A model generated the notes under the pieces. The model was not told where the DNA came from and did no database searches. It saw only the letters and a list, made by a program, of their open reading frames with translations. Positions 1 to 8,259 of a stretch of 64,000 nt of DNA are shown in pieces. Both the position numbers and the translations under genes were made by a program. Source of the stretch: an uncultured Leptospirales bacterium (lineage in GTDB: Bacteria; Spirochaetota; UBA4802; UBA5550); the NCBI GenBank assembly GCA_964645775.1, contig CAZYBU010000005.1:13339-77338 (forward strand). Reading direction: 5' to 3'. Every line of letters starts with the position of its first letter. The first letter of the stretch is position 1.

Positions 1-2
1 AG

Positions 3-431
3 GCCCGGGGGTATTATACCTTTTTTGAAATCCTGACCCTGGCGGGAAGGGCGGGCTACCGTATCTCCACGCCGGGAACACCTTTCTTTCTGCTTCACTC
101 GCTGGGTGGAAGGGAATCTCTCAGAGGGTACCTGGCCAACCGCTTCGCCGGTAACGCCGTGACCCTGTTTAACCTTGAGCTCCGTTACAGGATGCTCGAT
201 TTTCTCCTCTGGGGGCAGCGTTTCGGAGTGCAGGTGGTCCTCTTCACGGACGCAGGTAACGCCTATTCCGATGCGGGTGAGCCTTTTTCTTCGCCCCGGT
301 TCACGGATTACAAACTCTCTTATGGGGGAGGAATCGTGGGAACCTGGAACCAGTCCACGGTGCTTCATCTCTACGCGGGGGCGAGCGGTGAGGATATCGG
401 GATATCCCTGAATTTTGGTCATATTTTTTAG
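3..431 (+). CDS. Omp85/BamA-family outer-membrane beta-barrel, C-terminal fragment (5' end outside window)
   Basis: The frame is open from the window edge. My translation reads ...LGGRESLRGYLANRFAGN... and ends ...ISLNFGHIF, which are surface-antigen barrel motifs with the terminal aromatic residue typical of diderm OMPs. Confidence 0.6.
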   Translation, partial: ARGYYTFFEILTLAGRAGYRISTPGTPFFLLHSLGGRESLRGYLANRFAGNAVTLFNLELRYRMLDFLLWGQRFGVQVVLFTDAGNAYSDAGEPFSSPRFTDYKLSYGGGIVGTWNQSTVLHLYAGASGEDIGISLNFGHIF

Positions 432-439
432 GAGGAAGT

Positions 440-1258
440 ATGAAATTATTCAACAGAACAGTTTCCGCGGCCCTGCTGCTCGTCGTCTTTTTCATTATGC
501 CCCTGGGCGCCCTCCCGCCATCAGGAGTAATTTCAACCGCGGAGCAGGAGGTTCTTCGAAGCGGCAGGATCATTACCGATGTTTATCTGGAACACAGCGG
601 GCGTCTTCATTCCCTGAAGGGAGAGCTACCCGGCCGACCGAAAATTGCGGCTACTCCCTGGACCCGGCAATCCTGGAACAGCAACGAGCTTATAGTGATC
701 GAGAAGTCCTTTCTCCCGGTATCCGCCGATCCCATAGAGATATTCAACCTGCTGAACAGGTACAGCGCTCTGGAGGGCATGCTCTACTATTCCAAATCGG
801 CGAAAAAGGTTGAGACCCTCATACAGGACGCCTACCGTGTCGAGTCGCCCGAAAATAGAAATGCTGCGACCGACCGGTCTTTCTCCAGCCTCAGCAACAA
901 CACTTCTTATTTCATGATGAAGGATAACCGTTTCGGGAACCTGCTGTACCGGAGCACCATTCTGGTAGAGGGGGAGACGATTGCCATGGTGAACACCTGC
1001 ATGGACCCCCTGAAGAAGATGGGCTTTACCATAGCAGGGCCGGGCCGGTATCACATGATCACCATCCTTATGCGGGATCAGCTTTCGGGAGGATGGTTCC
1101 TCTACTCCGTAACCACCTCTCCGGTGCGAAACACGCTTTTTCTTCGTTTGAAGATTGTGAGCCCGAAAAGTTTCGGGAATCGACTCCGGGCCTCCACGGT
1201 CCACCTGGCCAGGGGAGTGGGACTCGATTGGAAGAATCGCCTTCCCGCCTTTCCCTAG
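440..1258 (+). CDS. Secreted hypothetical protein
   Basis: A 272-aa ORF with GGAGG 6 nt upstream of the ATG and an N-terminal hydrophobic signal-like segment (AALLLVVFFIMPLGALP). I recognise no family. Confidence 0.55.
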   Translation: MKLFNRTVSAALLLVVFFIMPLGALPPSGVISTAEQEVLRSGRIITDVYLEHSGRLHSLKGELPGRPKIAATPWTRQSWNSNELIVIEKSFLPVSADPIEIFNLLNRYSALEGMLYYSKSAKKVETLIQDAYRVESPENRNAATDRSFSSLSNNTSYFMMKDNRFGNLLYRSTILVEGETIAMVNTCMDPLKKMGFTIAGPGRYHMITILMRDQLSGGWFLYSVTTSPVRNTLFLRLKIVSPKSFGNRLRASTVHLARGVGLDWKNRLPAFP

Positions 1259-2433
1259 TCGGGATACTTGGTACGTATGGCCCGTATGGTTTCGTAGGTT
1301 TCCAGGAAGGCCTCAATAAGTTCCGGATCGAAGTGACGGCCCGACTCCCCTTTCATGTATTCGATTACATCGTTTTCATTCCAGGGGTCCTTATAGACTC
1401 TTTTGTTTATGAGCGCGTCGTAGACATCGGCGATGGCCGTGATCCGTCCGGCCATGGGTATCTCCTCCTCCTTCATGCCCCGGGGGTAGCCCGTTCCGTC
1501 GAATTTCTCATGATGGGTATAGGCGATCTCTCCTGAGAGCCGGTCAAGGTCAGAGATATTGTTATCGAAGAGAAGGTAGCCCTGGAAGGTATGGGTCTTC
1601 ATCACTTTGTATTCTTCATCATCGAGGCGGGCCGGCTTTTTTAAGATTACGTCGCTTATGGCCACCTTCCCCACGTCATGGAGCATTGCTGCGATACGGA
1701 GTATGTCTTTCTGGTTTCGTATCTCCCGGGCGCTCAGGTTCCTTTTACGTGCCCAGGTGTGATAGATCTCCACGGTTATGGATCCAACCCGGTTGACGTG
1801 GCTTCCGGTCTCCTTCGGGTCCCGCAGTTCCGCCATCCGTATCATCCGCAGGATGATCTCCCTGGTCATCTGGGCCCGCTCAATGGCCACGGAAGCGTTG
1901 TTCCCGAAGAAGGTCACGAACATTTCCGATTCTTCGGTAAAAGGAACAGAGTTTCCCTTATCATCAAGGGAATTGATGATCTGCATGACGCCGGTTATCT
2001 GTCCCCTGCTGGTGGTGAGGGGAACCGCCAGGACGGAACGGGTCCGGTAGTTCGCCTTCTCGTCGAAGGAACGATTAAAGCTGAAAGGCAGGGAGGGGTC
2101 TATTTCGTACACGTCCGGTATGTTCAGTGTCTCACCGGTCTGGGCCACGTACCCGGCGATCGATTTTTCATTAACAGGTATGGTTAAATCGGTGTATATG
2201 TGACGGTTGTATTCCGGGTCATTTTCATACAGGGTGTCATTGTGGACATATCCGAAACGGAGATTATCCCCCTCTTTCAGGAAGATAGAACCGGCGTCCG
2301 CGTGAGTGAAGCGTCGTGCTGCCCCCAGGAGTCTGTCCAGGAGGGAGTAGATGTCCTTTATATGGTTAAGGTCTTCGGTGACCTGGAGCAGGTCATCGAT
2401 TTGCGGGTAATCACATTGAAATGACTGTATCAT
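1255..2433 (-). CDS. GAF-domain HD-GYP c-di-GMP phosphodiesterase
   Basis: The C-terminal half has HDVGK and HHEKFDGTGYP motifs (HD-GYP). The N-terminal half looks like a GAF-type small-molecule-binding domain. Confidence 0.85.
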   Translation of the reverse strand: MIQSFQCDYPQIDDLLQVTEDLNHIKDIYSLLDRLLGAARRFTHADAGSIFLKEGDNLRFGYVHNDTLYENDPEYNRHIYTDLTIPVNEKSIAGYVAQTGETLNIPDVYEIDPSLPFSFNRSFDEKANYRTRSVLAVPLTTSRGQITGVMQIINSLDDKGNSVPFTEESEMFVTFFGNNASVAIERAQMTREIILRMIRMAELRDPKETGSHVNRVGSITVEIYHTWARKRNLSAREIRNQKDILRIAAMLHDVGKVAISDVILKKPARLDDEEYKVMKTHTFQGYLLFDNNISDLDRLSGEIAYTHHEKFDGTGYPRGMKEEEIPMAGRITAIADVYDALINKRVYKDPWNENDVIEYMKGESGRHFDPELIEAFLETYETIRAIRTKYPD

Positions 2434-2570
2434 AATAATTTCCCTTTCTATACTGAATACTATATGAAATTTCCTCAGAAGTAAAGTACTATTATGAAGA
2501 CCGGGAACAATAAAAAAGATTGCTAAAATTGTTTCTGACCGGATACTATAGAAGAAAAGGATGGGCCGGG

Positions 2571-4229
2571 ATGCGATTACCTCTATTAATCATACTGCTG
2601 GCGGGGATGGTTCTCTCCCTTCATGGCGCTGAGGAGGGCGTGAAGGGGGAAGAGGACCTTCTGAGACAGGCTCTGGCTTCCGGAAGCCGTCAGGCCCGCA
2701 TGAGACTCTACAGGCAGAACAGGGAGTCCATCTCACCGCAATGGATACGCTCCCGGATTATTGTACTGCTTAAGGACAACCGGAACTATGAAGAAGGGAG
2801 AACCGACCTGATCCTGGATAGGCTGGGAGAATGGATCACCTGGGGAGAGATGACCTCCATCCAGCCTTATCACAATTACGCCCTCGGATATCTGGCCCTT
2901 ATCTACCGGGGCGAAGCGGAAAAGGGAAGAGAACATTTCTTGAAAGCAAAAGACGGCTTTCTGGAAACAGGGAACAAAATCGCGGCCGCTGATACATTGA
3001 TGCGTATTGGAGACGTCGATTTTAACAGGTTTTATTACGACAGGGCATTGAAGAATTACCGGGAGGCGGAAAAAATCTATCGGGCCCGGAATCACTTTTC
3101 AGGAATTGTATCGATTCAGAAACGGTATGGAGACATAGCTTTCCGGAAAAATGATTATCCCGGGGCCCGGAGATATTTTGAGGCGGCCCGGGATGGATAC
3201 GGAAAGATTGAGGATCCCCTGGGGAAGGCCAACGCCATCAAGAGGCTGGGTGACGTGGCCTTCAAACTGACGGACCAGAAAAGCGCCAGAGAATACCTTG
3301 AAAAGGCCCGGAAACTCTACTCCAGACTCGATTCAAAACTGGGCCAGGCCAACTGCGTGAAGAGAAAGGGTGATATCGCCTTTTTCTCGACAAATTACCC
3401 GGCAGCCCTTGTCGAGTACCGCCAGGCCCTTGAACTGTACCGGGAGACGAAAAGCCGTCTGGGACAGGCAAACTGCACATATCGTCTGGGTGAGATTGCC
3501 TATTATACCTTCCGTAACAGCGAGGCCCGGCGGTATTTTGAGGAAGCCCTGAAAATTTACAGGGAGGCCAATTCCCGGATTGGTGAGGCATCCTCCCTGC
3601 AGAAACTGGGAGATATTGCCCTGCGTGAGAACCGCAATGAGGAAGCGGAATCATTATATAAAAGTGCCCTGCCTCTTTTCCAGGCCAGTGAAACTTCAAG
3701 GGGCGAGGCCCGGTACCTCTACAGCCTGGGGGAGATGGACCTGAAAAACGGCAATTACAGACGGGCCATTCGGCACTTTGAAGGGGCGTTAACCATCTTC
3801 GTAAAAACCGATTCCCTTCTGGGCCGGGCCAATTCCATCTACCGGCGTGGCGAATGCAGAATGAACCTGGGAGACAGCCTGGAGGCGAGCCGGGACTTTA
3901 ATCTGGCCCTCTCGCTTTACCGCCAGGCCGACTCTTCCCTGGGAGAAGCCAACGTTCTTTCCCGACTGGCTGATCTGGACCTCGCAGCGGGAAAGAACGA
4001 TTCCGCTGAAGAGCGTTACCGGAAGGCCCTTGTTATCTATTCGGAACAGGGATTTCTCATGGGAATGGCCAATGCTACCTTCGGCCTGGGTGAACTCGCA
4101 GCTGCGCAAAAGGATAGGGAAAAAATGATCCGATTCATTAAAGAGGCCCGCAGGCTTTATCTTCAGGCCGGTTCGAGGGATGGGGTTAAAAGCTGTGATA
4201 GTAAACTATCCGCAGAGAAGAACCCTTAA
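2571..4229 (+). CDS. Secreted TPR-like repeat protein (about ten 40-residue repeats)
   Basis: Signal-like N-terminus MRLPLLIILLAGMVLSLHG. The unit xLGxANxxxxLGDIAfxxxxYxxAxxxYxxALxlYrxxx is reiterated. The track ORF starts at TTG 2520, but ATG 2571 seems more plausible. Confidence 0.75.
   Translation: MRLPLLIILLAGMVLSLHGAEEGVKGEEDLLRQALASGSRQARMRLYRQNRESISPQWIRSRIIVLLKDNRNYEEGRTDLILDRLGEWITWGEMTSIQPYHNYALGYLALIYRGEAEKGREHFLKAKDGFLETGNKIAAADTLMRIGDVDFNRFYYDRALKNYREAEKIYRARNHFSGIVSIQKRYGDIAFRKNDYPGARRYFEAARDGYGKIEDPLGKANAIKRLGDVAFKLTDQKSAREYLEKARKLYSRLDSKLGQANCVKRKGDIAFFSTNYPAALVEYRQALELYRETKSRLGQANCTYRLGEIAYYTFRNSEARRYFEEALKIYREANSRIGEASSLQKLGDIALRENRNEEAESLYKSALPLFQASETSRGEARYLYSLGEMDLKNGNYRRAIRHFEGALTIFVKTDSLLGRANSIYRRGECRMNLGDSLEASRDFNLALSLYRQADSSLGEANVLSRLADLDLAAGKNDSAEERYRKALVIYSEQGFLMGMANATFGLGELAAAQKDREKMIRFIKEARRLYLQAGSRDGVKSCDSKLSAEKNP
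3000..4200 (+). repeat. Array of ~120-nt (40-aa) coding repeats inside the TPR gene
   Basis: Consecutive 40-aa units can be read in the translation (DPLGKANAIKRLGDVAF..., SKLGQANCVKRKGDIAF..., SRLGQANCTYRLGEIAY..., SRIGEASSLQKLGDIAL... and more). Boundaries are approximate. Confidence 0.7.
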
Positions 4230-4237
4230 AAGAGCCC

Positions 4238-5077
4238 TTACCGAAGAGAGGGCATATCCACGTCCGGTTTGTCCGTGAGCGTGCTTTCCCCGGATATATC
4301 GGTCGTTTTCCCGTCCCGGTTTTTGTCTGTTATATCCTTTGAGCCGGATATGAAGGCTGTTGATCCCTCTTTGCCGTCCAGAACTCTTTCCCCTTTAAGC
4401 GGGTCTTTTCGTGCCGGAGTGCCGCTGTTTTCAGCGGAAATTCTGCTTCTGCTCCGGAATGATGGGGATCCTGTTGGAGAGGCGCTGATCTTCTGGATCG
4501 GTACAATTCTGATCTCCTTTCCCGGTTCTACCAGGGCGGCCTGGCCGGCTCCCAGGAAAACGGCGCCTCTGCCGGTTTCAGCATGGGCGACCCGGACTTT
4601 TCCTTCGATGCATTCCACGCGACTTCCGGAAGGGTACTGGATGAAGCGCATCTCCGTTCCCCGAACCGAGGCCACGGCAGTGGGACTTTTCACGTTCAGA
4701 CTTTCCCCCTTGAAAAGCTTGAGGGATGTCTTAACAAAGATGCGGCCGGCGGGAAGGCCGATTTCCGTTATTGATGCGTTACTGTCATTGTTTCTGCGAA
4801 TCTGATCCCAGGTGATTCGGGCCTTTTCGGATAGCTTAACATAACTGGTGCCCCATTCGATTATGGCCATGGATTGTTCACCGGTCTCAAGAATGTCTCC
4901 TTCATGAATGGAGTTGCCCGGTGTGGGGGACCCTCTCTTTCCATCCCGAATCAGATGGATGGTTCCCGTGGCCATGGTCAGGGTTGCCGTTACGGGACGG
5001 ATGTCCGCCCTGTTGCAGGAGATGCTCAGGGGAACGAGCAGGGCCAGAAATAGAAAAAAGCGTAGTAACCGTTTCAT
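4238..5077 (-). CDS. FecR-domain lipoprotein
   Basis: Signal peptide ending LSISC (lipobox-like). The central segment GTIHLIRDGK...IHEGDILETGEQSMAIIEWG.SYVKL matches the FecR-type sensor fold pattern. Confidence 0.6.
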   Translation of the reverse strand: MKRLLRFFLFLALLVPLSISCNRADIRPVTATLTMATGTIHLIRDGKRGSPTPGNSIHEGDILETGEQSMAIIEWGTSYVKLSEKARITWDQIRRNNDSNASITEIGLPAGRIFVKTSLKLFKGESLNVKSPTAVASVRGTEMRFIQYPSGSRVECIEGKVRVAHAETGRGAVFLGAGQAALVEPGKEIRIVPIQKISASPTGSPSFRSRSRISAENSGTPARKDPLKGERVLDGKEGSTAFISGSKDITDKNRDGKTTDISGESTLTDKPDVDMPSLR

Positions 5078-5218
5078 ACAGGTTCCTTTTAACCGGTTAA
5101 ACCGGATATAGATGATTACTCTGATACTATGCGAAAGGGTAAATTTTTCAACAGTTATTTATAGTAAAGTTATTGTATCCTGGGATAAATGATATAGAAT
5201 TAGGCAACAGGTAGAAAA

Positions 5219-5818
5219 ATGCAGGTAAAAAACGAACAGAAGATCCAGAAAAAGAAGGAGCATATCCTGGCCAGTCTTCGCAGACTTCTTTCCAGGGAGG
5301 TGTACTCGCGTATCACCCTCCAGGATATCGCCAGGGAGGCCGGCTTTTCCAAGGGTGGATTGCTCCATTATTATAGTTCCCGGGAACAGATCTTCATTGA
5401 GCTGACAGACCATTTTTTCCGGGAACTGGAGAAACGGCACGATTTTGTCCTGGAGGGTGACCTTGGAAGCCGTGAGATAGCCCCCATATCGGCGTTGCTG
5501 GGAGTGGAACAGTTTCTTCTGGATACAAGCAACGTTCGTATCATGCTGAACCTGATGCTCTATGCCTTTGAAGAAGATCAGATTATGGAGATAATCCGGC
5601 ATTTTTTCACCAGGCATCTTGAGTTCTATCATACGGTGATCAGGAAAATCCGGATCGATTCCGCCGGGGATAATGCCGGCGAAGAGCCGGAGACCCGGTA
5701 CATATCCAGACTGATACAGGTCGTCATCCTTTTTATCGGGGTCATCGAAATAATGGATCCCAGCGATCTGGATGCCCTGGAAATCAGCCGCTCTATAACG
5801 ACCCTGATTCGCGGATGA
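5219..5818 (+). CDS. TetR/AcrR-family transcriptional regulator
   Basis: N-terminal helix-turn-helix signature ITLQDIAREAGFSKGGLLHYYSSREQIF. Confidence 0.85.
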   Translation: MQVKNEQKIQKKKEHILASLRRLLSREVYSRITLQDIAREAGFSKGGLLHYYSSREQIFIELTDHFFRELEKRHDFVLEGDLGSREIAPISALLGVEQFLLDTSNVRIMLNLMLYAFEEDQIMEIIRHFFTRHLEFYHTVIRKIRIDSAGDNAGEEPETRYISRLIQVVILFIGVIEIMDPSDLDALEISRSITTLIRG

Positions 5819-5893
5819 AACAAATGACCGGGATTCCCCGGTTAAAAAGGAATAAATACTGATATCATTCATGAAGGCTTGATACAGGAATAT

Positions 5894-5928
5894 TTCAAAA
5901 TCCGGGTGTCCGTCATGGTCACCCGGAT
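5894..5928 (-). terminator. Rho-independent terminator downstream of the epimerase gene (possibly bidirectional)
   Basis: A 9-bp perfect stem ATCCGGGTG/CACCCGGAT (5900-5908 / 5920-5928) with an 11-nt loop. On the minus strand it is followed by TTTTGAA. Confidence 0.55.
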
Positions 5929-5955
5929 GGGAATAGAGTGGTCTGGATAGGGTGT

Positions 5956-6942
5956 CTAATTTTTAAGCTTTCCCGCTTCCCGGAACCATTCGATGGTGTC
6001 CCGGACCGTCTCTTCAAAGGGGCGCGGCCGGTACCCCAGTTCCCGGCTGGCCTTTTCGTGGGATATGTGCCGGTGCATGGAGAGTGCCTCCACCGCGCTG
6101 GGAGTGAACTTCGGTGTGCTTCCCGTGATTTTGCTTATCCAGATGGTAGGGTAAGCTACCAGGTAGGCCAGCCATGAAGGGAGGGCCAGGGTCGGTACCT
6201 TACGATTATACATGTCTCCGATCAGTTCGGCCACGTCCCGTATGTGCACCCAGTGACCCGTGAGAAGGTAGGACTCGCCTGAACGTCCCTGCTTTTCGGC
6301 CGACAGGGCTCCGTTCACAACGTCCCGGACATCGACCCAGTTGTATCCTCCATCAATGAGGGCCGGGATGGTCCGGTTGTAAATATCAAGAAAGACCGAG
6401 CCCATGCGGGAGGGTTTATAATCGCAGGGGCCCACGACCCCTCCGGGATTCACGATAACCGCGTTCAGGCCCTTTTCCTTTACGGCATTCTGGACAAGGG
6501 TCTGACCCCTGGCCTTGGACCGGTCGTAGGCCATGCTCCCGCTATTGATGCAGAGGGGGCGGGTTTCGTCTATGATCCCTTCCACCGGGTCGCTTTCAAA
6601 GGCGTGGATGGAGCTGAAATGAACAAGACGGGAGACATTATTCTCCAAACAGGCCTGGACCATGTTCTCCGGGCCGTCGATGTTCGTTTTGTAGACAAGT
6701 CCGCCTTCAGATCCTACGATCGATATCAGAGCAGCGCAATGATAAACAGTCTCAGCGCCATCGGTCAGGCGAAGAAGGGATTCATAGTCAAAGATATCGC
6801 CCTTCACCTCTTCCAGGTCAAGACCTTCAATGGCCCGCCTGTCTTCCCTGACAAGGACGCGGACCCGCCGGCCCTGCTTCAGCAGGGCGCGCACCAGGTT
6901 TCCCCCTATGTGACCTGACGCGCCGGTAACAGCTACTGTCAT
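5956..6942 (-). CDS. NAD-dependent epimerase/dehydratase (extended SDR)
   Basis: Rossmann motif VTGASGHIGGNLVRALL near the N-terminus. GGAGG lies 6 nt upstream of ATG 6942, so I prefer this to the longer track start at 6987. Confidence 0.85.
   Translation of the reverse strand: MTVAVTGASGHIGGNLVRALLKQGRRVRVLVREDRRAIEGLDLEEVKGDIFDYESLLRLTDGAETVYHCAALISIVGSEGGLVYKTNIDGPENMVQACLENNVSRLVHFSSIHAFESDPVEGIIDETRPLCINSGSMAYDRSKARGQTLVQNAVKEKGLNAVIVNPGGVVGPCDYKPSRMGSVFLDIYNRTIPALIDGGYNWVDVRDVVNGALSAEKQGRSGESYLLTGHWVHIRDVAELIGDMYNRKVPTLALPSWLAYLVAYPTIWISKITGSTPKFTPSAVEALSMHRHISHEKASRELGYRPRPFEETVRDTIEWFREAGKLKN
6498..6508. repeat. GGGTCWGACCC palindrome copy (W=T)
   Basis: Exact 11-mer inside the epimerase CDS, decoded G-Q-T on the coding strand. 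Confidence 0.95.
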
Positions 6943-7088
6943 GGTATTCCTCCGAAACTGATGATGGTTCTTTCTGGAAAAATGCAAGAAATAATCAACG
7001 AGTTTTTGTGTACATCGGCTGTCGGCTCGATTATTATGAGATTCTTCATCTCTGTATCTTTCAATGGATGAGTAAATGACTGTCTCTC

Positions 7089-7110
7089 ATTATTCTATTG
7101 ACAGAATAAT
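7089..7110. promoter_or_regulatory. Perfect 8-6-8 inverted repeat ATTATTCT-N6-AGAATAAT (candidate operator)
   Basis: Read directly. It overlaps a TTGACA hexamer (7098-7103) about 25 nt upstream of the kinase-remnant ORF. Confidence 0.25.
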
Positions 7111-7132
7111 ATTTTCCGTATCGCCCTAGATT

Positions 7133-7717
7133 ATGAGAGTATCTGTGTCTCTTCCTGTAATCCTTTGTTTATTTCTCGCGCCATTAATCTCCGGGTTCAG
7201 CGAGACGGAACCCCGTTATGTGCTTCTTCTGCATTCTTATCATCAGGGATATTCCTGGAGCGATTCTGTGACCCGGGGAGCCCTCCTTCGACTAAATGAA
7301 AGAGGGGCGAGATCCCATCCCGTGGATATCGACATCCGGTACCTTAACTCCCGGTACAGGAATAGTGATGAGGACAGGGACCTGATACTTCGCTCCCTCA
7401 GGCGTGATTTCCATCTCCGCCGGTATGGGGCCGTTGTTACCGTGGATGATGACGCGACCCGCTTCATGATAAGATACAGGGACCTGCTCGACCCGGAGGT
7501 TCCTGTTATCTTCGGTGGCGTGGACCGGCTCGATCCGGCGGAACTTGCCTTACGGAAGGGATGGGCGGGCTTCGGAAACCGGAGGGATCTGAGAAAAAGG
7601 ATCGACCTTGCCATGCGGCTGCAACCGGGAGAAGTGAAGTCTCCGTCGGGAAGCGGGACAACGTTCCGGGTCGAACTGCCCACAGATCTGAAGAAGGAAG
7701 GGAATCAGGAATCCTGA
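7133..7717 (+). pseudogene. Internally deleted sensor histidine kinase remnant
   Basis: A signal peptide and periplasmic solute-binding-like sensor domain (YVLLLHSYHQGYSWSD...) run directly into the last ~20 residues of an HATPase domain (SGSGTTFRVELP). No TM, HAMP, DHp or N/G1 boxes lie between them. Confidence 0.5.
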
Positions 7718-8100
7718 CAGTGGATCAGCTTCTTGCCGTAGAGCCTGTCGTCCACCATGATATGCTGGTAGAGCCATTCCTTCAGGAAGGGTAGAATATC
7801 CTTTTCCGGATCAAGACGGCTTGACGCGAACCTGGAGACGAGGTCCTCCACTTTCTTTTCGAAGTACCTGTGCTTTTCCCTGTGGGACTCTGCTTTCTCG
7901 TAACCGCAGGAATCCATGGCCTCCTCTTCGGTTGAGAAATGGTAGCGGGTGTACTCTATTAACTCTTTCAGGATCTTGCTTATCTCTCTGCGGCTTCCTT
8001 CCTCTTCAAGCCGGTTGATGATATCGATAAGGTTCTGATGGTGCCGGTCGAACTTCTCGACACCCACGCTCATCGTTTCGTTCCATGTCAGTCTGTTCAT
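7705..8100 (-). CDS. Bacteriohemerythrin
   Basis: N-terminal LTWNETMSVGVEKFDRHHQNLIDIIN plus the H...H...E/H.....D pattern of hemerythrin-like metal-binding proteins. Confidence 0.85.
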   Translation of the reverse strand: MNRLTWNETMSVGVEKFDRHHQNLIDIINRLEEEGSRREISKILKELIEYTRYHFSTEEEAMDSCGYEKAESHREKHRYFEKKVEDLVSRFASSRLDPEKDILPFLKEWLYQHIMVDDRLYGKKLIHCQDS

Positions 8101-8259
8101 GCGTCCTCTTTTGTATATATTTTCCGTATGTATTTCTTTTTAATGCTATTTGCTTAAAAAATGTAATGCTCCGCTTCCGGATGCGGCGGAGAGATCGATT
8201 CTTTTTGTTCGCACATAAAATCCTTTTCAGGAATAATTACTGATATTGCTTAATGTTGA

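Noticed and set aside
8171-8193. The hairpin CTCCGC...GCGGAG downstream of the GH13 gene as a terminator.
   Set aside because: The stem is only 6 bp with an 11-nt loop, and on the minus strand the T-run is displaced by 7 nt. This is too weak to call.
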